The notes under the pieces were generated by a model that saw nothing but the letters and a program-made list of their open reading frames with translations, was not told the DNA's origin and made no database searches. Below, in pieces: positions 58,045 to 64,000 of a DNA stretch of 64,000 nucleotides. Origin of the DNA: Bryobacterales bacterium (lineage in GTDB: Bacteria > Acidobacteriota > Terriglobia > Bryobacterales > UBA6623); the NCBI GenBank assembly GCA_965226245.1, contig CBDDCL010000015.1, positions 2,166,515-2,230,514 of the forward strand. The letters are read 5' to 3'. Each line of letters opens with the position of its first letter. The first letter of the stretch is position 1. The translations under genes and the position numbers were made by a program.

Positions 58045-58740
58045 CTAGTTTGCGCCCTGGGTTGGCTCGATCAGCCCGAATAGAGCCGATAAAGGGATCG
58101 TGACGTTGCCGATGACGACAAGGACCGCGACCGCGAGACCCAACCTTTCGATCAGCGCTGCGATCCCTGGCCGGCTCAAGCCCATCGTCTGGAATAGACT
58201 CGCGACACCGTGGCTGAGGTGCAAACCCAGCAGGAGGGTCGCCACGATGTAGGCGATCGAGACAAGCGGCTGCTGGAAACCCAAAATCGTCATGGAATAG
58301 ACGTCGTGACGGCCAACCGCGTCCTCCAAATGGAAGTGCTCAGGATGAGTGACTCCTATAGTGAAGTGCAGCAAGTGGTAGATGACAAACGACAGCAACA
58401 CCAACCCGCTCATCGCCATCGTGCGGGAGGAGAAGGTCGAGCGGACTGTTTTCTTGACAGCGTATGGGCTGGGGCGCGCCCTGCGGTTCGCAAGGCTCAG
58501 CTTCGCAATTCCCCAGACATGAATGATAAGCGCCGCAAGTAAGCCGAAGCGAGCCGCCCAGAGCGGGCCAGGGTTCGATTTGAGAAACGCGGCATAACTA
58601 TTGATTGCTTCGGGGCCTAAGTAGATTTGCAGATTTCCCAGCATGTGAATGGTCACGAACAGAACCCATATGAGGCCCGTGACCGCCACTAGAAACTTGA
58701 TCCCGACCGTGGACGACAGCCCTTGCAGATAGCCCTTCAT
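58045..58740 (-). CDS. sdhC: Succinate dehydrogenase cytochrome b subunit
   Basis: K.LVAVTGL, HMLGNL and HL.HG..S.FQT.G motifs. First gene of the sdhCAB operon. Confidence 0.92.
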   Translation of the reverse strand: MKGYLQGLSSTVGIKFLVAVTGLIWVLFVTIHMLGNLQIYLGPEAINSYAAFLKSNPGPLWAARFGLLAALIIHVWGIAKLSLANRRARPSPYAVKKTVRSTFSSRTMAMSGLVLLSFVIYHLLHFTIGVTHPEHFHLEDAVGRHDVYSMTILGFQQPLVSIAYIVATLLLGLHLSHGVASLFQTMGLSRPGIAALIERLGLAVAVLVVIGNVTIPLSALFGLIEPTQGAN

Positions 58741-58839
58741 TTTCGCGGAAACTCCTGAAGGAGTGATTTTGATTCTAGCACTCGACATAGGAGTCACTAG
58801 AACCTATCTCACAAACGGCGTGGGCGAGGCTTGGTCCTC

Positions 58840-59105
58840 AGGGCAGCCGTTCAGTAGCATCAATTTGCTCAGGGTCTGGGACGCACCCGATGATCGGCCA
58901 AACCATCACGCACAACAAGACTCTGGAAGGCGCCACCGAGAATGAGAGTCGTCGGATAGCTGTCGAGAAATAACTTCTCATCCAGCAATCAAGTTGTAGA
59001 GGCCTCTCAGGAGGTCGTTGGAGGAGTCGAAAACCGACTCGACTCAGGAACTTGGGGGTGCTACGATCGGATAGCTGGACGGAAGGCTTGTTATCACCAT
59101 CTATC
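58840..59105. repeat. Second copy of the ~270-bp dispersed repeat
   Basis: Inverted homolog of 37035-37300. Confidence 0.88.
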
Positions 59106-59166
59106 CGCCAAGCGGTACAATTCGCATGTCTGGGGCCCATGTCTGCGGCGGTACAATTCCGTCCGG

Positions 59167-59320
59167 GTGCGTCCTGAAGACGCGTTGTTCTAGCGGGTGC
59201 AAGTCCGGTCCGGGTAAGCTCCGGAGCGCCCGGTAGCAGGCTCCAGAGGGAGGAGAGATCCGACCAAGCGGAGTGTCAAAAGCCCTTGCAAGGGAAGGGA
59301 GCCAACCAGCGGGCCACAAC
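59167..59320 (+). mobile_element. 5' relic (domain I start) of a second group II intron
   Basis: Begins GTGCGTCCTGAAGACGCGTTG..GCGGGTGCAAGTCC..TCCGGGTAAG..GGAGCGCCCGGTAGCAGGCTCC, a pattern recognised from bacterial intron 5' ends. No RT or domain V follows. Confidence 0.55.
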
Positions 59321-59462
59321 AATCAGTGAGCGCTGTCAAAACGCTTACCACTCCTCCTACCGCGATAATTCACATTTGTCGGCAGTGGGGAAGCGCATCT
59401 CCCTTCCTTGACCCCCGGAGCCAAATCCCGTACGAGCTAACACCTGGAGGGCGCGCCGCCCT

Positions 59463-60704
59463 ATGGAAGTCACCGTTCTCATTCCCACCCACGACCACTG
59501 CGAGACGCTGTTGTGGTCGGTGGCCAGCGTCCAGCGTCAAAGTATCTCGGATTGGGAGATCCTGATTGTCGGCGACGGTGTTCCTGAGAGGACGCGAACC
59601 CTGGTGAAACACATGATGGAGCGAGACTCCCGGATTCGCTTCTTCGATTATCCCAAGGGACCCCGGCACGGGGAGATCCACCGCCATGCGACTCTTGCCC
59701 ACGCCAAGGGCCGCGTGATCTGTTACATGACGGACGACGATCTCTGGCTTCCGGGCCATCTCGAACACATGTGTCGGATGCTGCAGGTCGCGGATCTAGC
59801 CCACACAACGAACATCTTCGTGGCGCCGACCGGGGAACTCTTCCTCAATCACTTTGACGTGAATGATCTCGCCGATCGCGCCCGGCTTTTCGAAAACAAA
59901 GACGGCTTCGGTCTAGCAACAGGCGGCCACACCCTGGCAGCCTATCGCCGATTACCGGAGGGTTGGAGGACAACGCCGGAAGATACGGCGACCGATCTGT
60001 ACATGTGGCGACAATTTCTCGAGGAGTCCTCGTGTGTGGCTCTCTCCTCGCAAATTCCGACCGTGCTGTTCTTCGGTTCACCGCACCGCAAGGGCTGGCT
60101 CATCGAACAGCGCATGGCGGAACTCGCCTATTGGAGCGGCGAGATCTCCCGACCGAATGCATTTTCGCGTCTGCTGGCGAAAGCTTTGCAGTCACAGTGG
60201 AGGGAAACCCTCTCCGAGCGACTAGTTTCCAAGCCCGTACGGATCGCGGACGAGTTGCCGATTTCGCGCTGCCCAACGGGAGAAACGATTCGATTCGGAA
60301 AGAGCGGCGCCGGCCACCGTTACACGTCTTGGGGTTGGTCTCAACCGGAGGACTGGGGCGTCTGGACTGACGGTGAGCAGGCACGATTGTCCTTAGAACT
60401 CGAAAGACGCCCAAGTGGTGGCCTGATGCTGTCGCTGCACTCCATGGGCTATGTGACACCCAGCCGTCCGCGGCTCGAGGTACAGCCGACGCTCAACGGG
60501 CGCCCTCTCGAGGGGTTTGTGGTCGGAGGCTCGTGGGCAACTCACAGGCTGACGCTGCCGGCAAGGCTTATTCCCGAAAGGCCTGTCTTGGACCTGCGGT
60601 TTCTCATCCGGGACGCGACTTCCCCAGCCGAAGTCGGCGTATCTGCCGACCCGCGCCGGCTCGGACTCGGCGTGGACTGGATACAGCTTGACGAGCAGTT
60701 GTAG
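59463..60704 (+). CDS. Glycosyltransferase family 2 with C-terminal beta-sandwich domain
   Basis: VLIPTH, IVGDG, YMTDDD.WLPGHL and C-terminal GW..PE.WG.W...D.RRLGLGV motifs. Confidence 0.85.
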   Translation: MEVTVLIPTHDHCETLLWSVASVQRQSISDWEILIVGDGVPERTRTLVKHMMERDSRIRFFDYPKGPRHGEIHRHATLAHAKGRVICYMTDDDLWLPGHLEHMCRMLQVADLAHTTNIFVAPTGELFLNHFDVNDLADRARLFENKDGFGLATGGHTLAAYRRLPEGWRTTPEDTATDLYMWRQFLEESSCVALSSQIPTVLFFGSPHRKGWLIEQRMAELAYWSGEISRPNAFSRLLAKALQSQWRETLSERLVSKPVRIADELPISRCPTGETIRFGKSGAGHRYTSWGWSQPEDWGVWTDGEQARLSLELERRPSGGLMLSLHSMGYVTPSRPRLEVQPTLNGRPLEGFVVGGSWATHRLTLPARLIPERPVLDLRFLIRDATSPAEVGVSADPRRLGLGVDWIQLDEQL

Positions 60705-60709
60705 CTTCA

Positions 60710-61648
60710 TTATTGCGGAAGGCCAGCCGATCGACGCAAGGCAGCGACTCTCTCGACAACGAGCAAACCCTCGGCGGCGCTACTGCGAGGAGGAGGGCCA
60801 CCCTTTACGTGCTCGAGGAATGCCTGGAGTTCCCGAAGCAAAGGCATTTCTTTTGAGATGGCCCTGTTTTCCGCAGCCTCACGGCTGGAGCCGTCCCCGT
60901 TTGGGTCTCTCCGTACCAAAATGCGGTCGGAATAAGGATCAGGGAGAGTAGCAACTCCGCGTTCAAATGCGACGAGGACTGAGCGGTCTCGGACCAATCG
61001 CCTGCAAGACACGTCGATGACAACCCTCGGGGCCTGTCCAAGGATGCCCAGCAACCCGGTCGGCGCGCCCGAGGAATACTCAGCGAAGGCCCCGCGAACC
61101 GGCGGCACGCTTCCAAGGATCTCAAGAACGATACAAATCTCGTGCGGAGCTAAGATCCAAACAGCGTCAACATCCGAGTGAGGATTATTCCAGCCGAGAT
61201 GCCGTGTTCGTATCTCTTTGACAGGACCCAGTTCTCCCGAACGGGCGATCCGTGCCAACTCCTCCACCCCGGGATGGTACCGCCACTTGTCCATCACGAA
61301 AATCCGATTGGGGGCCGCCTCGGCGAGTCGCCGGGCACGCTCCACACCCGGCGTTAGCGGTTTCTCGACGAAAATGGGCGCTCTTCGCTCGAGTAATTCT
61401 TCAATGACGAGTGCGTGGGCAGTCGTTATTGTAGCGATGACGAAGCCATCAAGCCCGGCCGGCAGTTCGGTCACACTTGCCACAATCGAATCCGCACCTT
61501 TGGCTTCGGCGTGCGCCTTGCTCTTTTCAGACCGAGCTACGACGTGGACACGGCAGCCGAGTGACTTGAGATCTCGGAGGATGTGCACGCCCCAGTTGCC
61601 GCAGCCCACCAGTCCGATAGAGAGCCCAGGGAACAATGCCGTGCTCAC
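60710..61648 (-). CDS. Gfo/Idh/MocA-family oxidoreductase
   Basis: VGCGNWG and IFVEKPL motifs. Confidence 0.88.
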   Translation of the reverse strand: MSTALFPGLSIGLVGCGNWGVHILRDLKSLGCRVHVVARSEKSKAHAEAKGADSIVASVTELPAGLDGFVIATITTAHALVIEELLERRAPIFVEKPLTPGVERARRLAEAAPNRIFVMDKWRYHPGVEELARIARSGELGPVKEIRTRHLGWNNPHSDVDAVWILAPHEICIVLEILGSVPPVRGAFAEYSSGAPTGLLGILGQAPRVVIDVSCRRLVRDRSVLVAFERGVATLPDPYSDRILVRRDPNGDGSSREAAENRAISKEMPLLRELQAFLEHVKGGPPPRSSAAEGLLVVERVAALRRSAGLPQ

Positions 61649-62184
61649 TCTGTCCTCGCGGCCTGAAGCTGCTCTAACAAGACGCGATAGGGTGGCAGGT
61701 TCTCGTCACGGGGCGAAACAACAGCGATCTCAAAACGCCAGGGGATGCCGAGATCAGCGTCAGCCCAATGACAGCCTAGTTCGTCCGCTAGGTCCCAGTA
61801 ACGGGAAACGCTGTAAATGTGGATGGCCGGTGTGTGGAAGTAGAAGCCATGCGCGACACCGGCGGGGATCCGAATGGCCTCCATGTGCTCCCCCGACATC
61901 TCAACCAGAGATACACGGCCCTCTGTTGAACCTGGCCGGAGATCCCGCATGCCGATCGTCGCTCGACCCATGGCGACGACCAAGTAATCGTCGTGCTTAA
62001 CGTGCACATGAACTCCCCGCAATACCTTTGCCTCCGAGCGGACGAAGTTCCACTGAACCGGGTCAATACCCAAGTTCCACTCACGGCGAAAAAGTTCAGT
62101 CAGGCATCCGCGGAAATCTTCGTGCATGTCCAACGCGCGGCGGACGACACCTGCTGGGAGGCCAGCTTTCTTGGTTCGCGTCAA
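61645..62184 (-). CDS. rmlC: dTDP-4-dehydrorhamnose 3,5-epimerase family (cupin)
   Basis: D.RG.L.E.FR, VLRGVH, IP.GVAHGF and W.D.DLGIPW motifs. Confidence 0.82.
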   Translation of the reverse strand: MTRTKKAGLPAGVVRRALDMHEDFRGCLTELFRREWNLGIDPVQWNFVRSEAKVLRGVHVHVKHDDYLVVAMGRATIGMRDLRPGSTEGRVSLVEMSGEHMEAIRIPAGVAHGFYFHTPAIHIYSVSRYWDLADELGCHWADADLGIPWRFEIAVVSPRDENLPPYRVLLEQLQAARTE

Positions 62185-62556
62185 TGAGCGCTACCTCGCC
62201 GACAGGATACCATCGATGATCCAGATGTCGCAAAGGTCAACTACCTTTCGCGGACATGGCGGCGGGGATGAAAAACTTGTGGGCGGCGGGCAAGTCTGAG
62301 ACTTGGAATCACAACGCAACCTAACGATTAAGAAACTTGGGGCCCTCGCGTCATTGGTGAAATCCTCCGCCGAGCTCCGCGGCTCCAAGTGTTTTCCTTC
62401 CGGAAGGTGGACCGATCCCAAGCATGTCCCCGGAAGTTCCGATTTAGACCTCCGACTAGCCTATGATACACCTTTGAAATTGGGGTTGCAAGAGAACCCC
62501 CAAGCCGCTATCCGCCGTGAGAAGCGTCAGCCACGGCCTGCCGGCTAGACTGCGCC

Positions 62557-62970
62557 GCTCACAGATTACTGTTGATTATCCCGTATTTAGTTGACTCCGT
62601 AGTCAGAAGTTCGTGATGCTGCTGAGCCGGTCGAGGACGAATCGCCCTCCGTGTGTCCCCAACAGCCAGCGTGGCCCGAGACGGTCAGAAGTTCGTGATT
62701 GCTGAGCCGGTCGAGGACGAATCGCCCTCCGTGATTCCAGTGGCCGCAAACTGGTACGAACGCTTTGCCAACCAGCCCTCTTCGACTTCCGCGACCGCGA
62801 GCAGGAGGCGGTTAAGTACCCAAACCCAAGACCCGCTGCAACTCCAGCGCGCTGGCCCCGCCTTTTTGCGTTGTCACCCACCAAGCCGCCCGGAACCACA
62901 ACGTCAAGGGCTTGCGGCCTTGAAACGAACCCTATAGCGCTCATCTTCAGATTACTGTTGATTAATCCCG
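62557..62970. other. Scrambled mosaic of IS1595 fragments, duplicated target flank and a protein C-terminal relic
   Basis: IS pieces in collinear order (62583-62602, 62657-62671, 62759-62792, 62807-62917). CAGATTACTGTTGATTA(A)TCCCG occurs twice. Confidence 0.7.
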
Positions 62971-63997
62971 ATGGGGTATTTAGTTGACTCCAGTAGCCAC
63001 TACATCTTGGGGGTGGGGGTGCCGGCCCTGGTGGCCTCGACCATTGTCTTATAGGGAGCAGGGTCGGCGGCGACCGCCTGCTGGAGGAGGCGATAGAAAA
63101 GTTTGCCGCGCGACCGTGAGGTCCGCCGGTTGAAGCGGAACGTGAACTCGTCCAGGTAGTAGTCCAAATACTCGTGACTGACAGCCCCCTGGTGGGTCCC
63201 CAACAGCCAGCGCTTTAGCAGAGAGGCGACACGATGGACTCTCGGCAGCAGCTTACTCGCCGATTGCCGCTTCCCGCGCAGCACGGTGACTTCATGGCGG
63301 TATCCTTTGTTCTCCAATCCCGCATAGCCTTCCCAGCCGTCGGTGTGCACGAGGCTGCCAGGTTGGATAGCTTCTTCGACAAAGGCTTCCAAGCTCGCCG
63401 CTGAGGCATCCGCGATCCGACGGAGCCGGATGCGACCCATACCGCGCCCATCCTCCTCGGCAGCAACCGCAACTAACGCTTTGCCAACCATTTCGCGACC
63501 TCGGACGCCCTCTTCGACTCCGCCCACATACGTTTCGTCCACCTCCACCCGGCCGACCAGCCGATTGCGACCGGGGCGCACCATGGCGCGGCGGAACTTG
63601 TGCAGCCAGGTCCAGGCGGTTACATAGCTACCCAAACCCAAGACCCGCTGCAACTCCAGCGCGCTGGCCCCGCCTTTTTGCGTTGTCACCCACCAAGCCG
63701 CCCGGAACCACAACGTCAAGGGCTTGCGGGTGTCCTGGAAAATCGTGCCCGCCGTCACCGAGGCCTGGTAACCGCAGTCGGCGCAGAGCAGCAGATTGCG
63801 TTTGCTGGCCCATGAGGACTGGATCCCACAGCGCGGGCACACGAACCCCTCCGGCCAGCGCAGCTTCAGCAGGTACTCCCGGCACGCCTCCTCGGTCGAG
63901 AATCGAGCTTCCAACTCGACGAGGTTTCGGGGGTAGTCCTCCTTCATGCCCCCAACCACAACATATTGTGGCTACTGGAGTCAACTAAATACCCCAT
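62971..63997 (-). mobile_element. IS1595-family IS, copy 4 (transposase 63000-63959)
   Basis: Same TIRs and protein as copy 1. Left flank is TAATCCCG and the right flank begins TAA at the window edge, consistent with an 8-bp TSD. Confidence 0.95.
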
Positions 63998-64000
63998 TAA

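Noticed and set aside
58890-58973. Functional 27-aa peptide conserved in both copies of the 270-bp repeat
   Set aside because: The two copies differ by 4 nonsynonymous and 1 synonymous change, which gives no sign of protein-level selection.

Overview
High-GC bacterial chromosome segment, most likely Acidobacteriota (inferred from an Acidobacteria-type VWA protein, HEAT-cyclophilin fusion and the style of the intergenic repeats). Housekeeping genes (asnB-like, NSS transporter, ypdA/bshA, rluD, recA, ggt, ECF sigma operon, mutY, sdhCAB, GT2/rmlC) are interspersed with many mobile elements: a frameshifted group IIC intron, a 5' relic of a second intron, an IS630, four 1027-bp IS1595 copies, a MITE and several REP/REPIN-like families. 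Main observation: IS1595 copies 1 and 3 are inverted and share one outer 8-bp target duplication (TCGGAGAG at 24527-24534 and 34815-34822). They therefore form a 10.3-kb composite transposon carrying a conjugation fragment (virB8-like, unknown ORF, nested inverted repeat, virD4-like, virB11-like, thermonuclease, ssb-like). Removing it rejoins, in frame, an 822-aa PilZ / coiled-coil / TM / DUF4015-type glycoside hydrolase gene. Other leads are an orphan ~300-nt structured RNA candidate, an intron inserted beside a dispersed hairpin repeat, a TM-anchored STAND-TPR protein, a secreted kinase-like protein, and toxin loss at every type II TA locus. No rRNA, tRNA or CRISPR array was seen. Domain calls come from motif recognition by eye, not from database searches.
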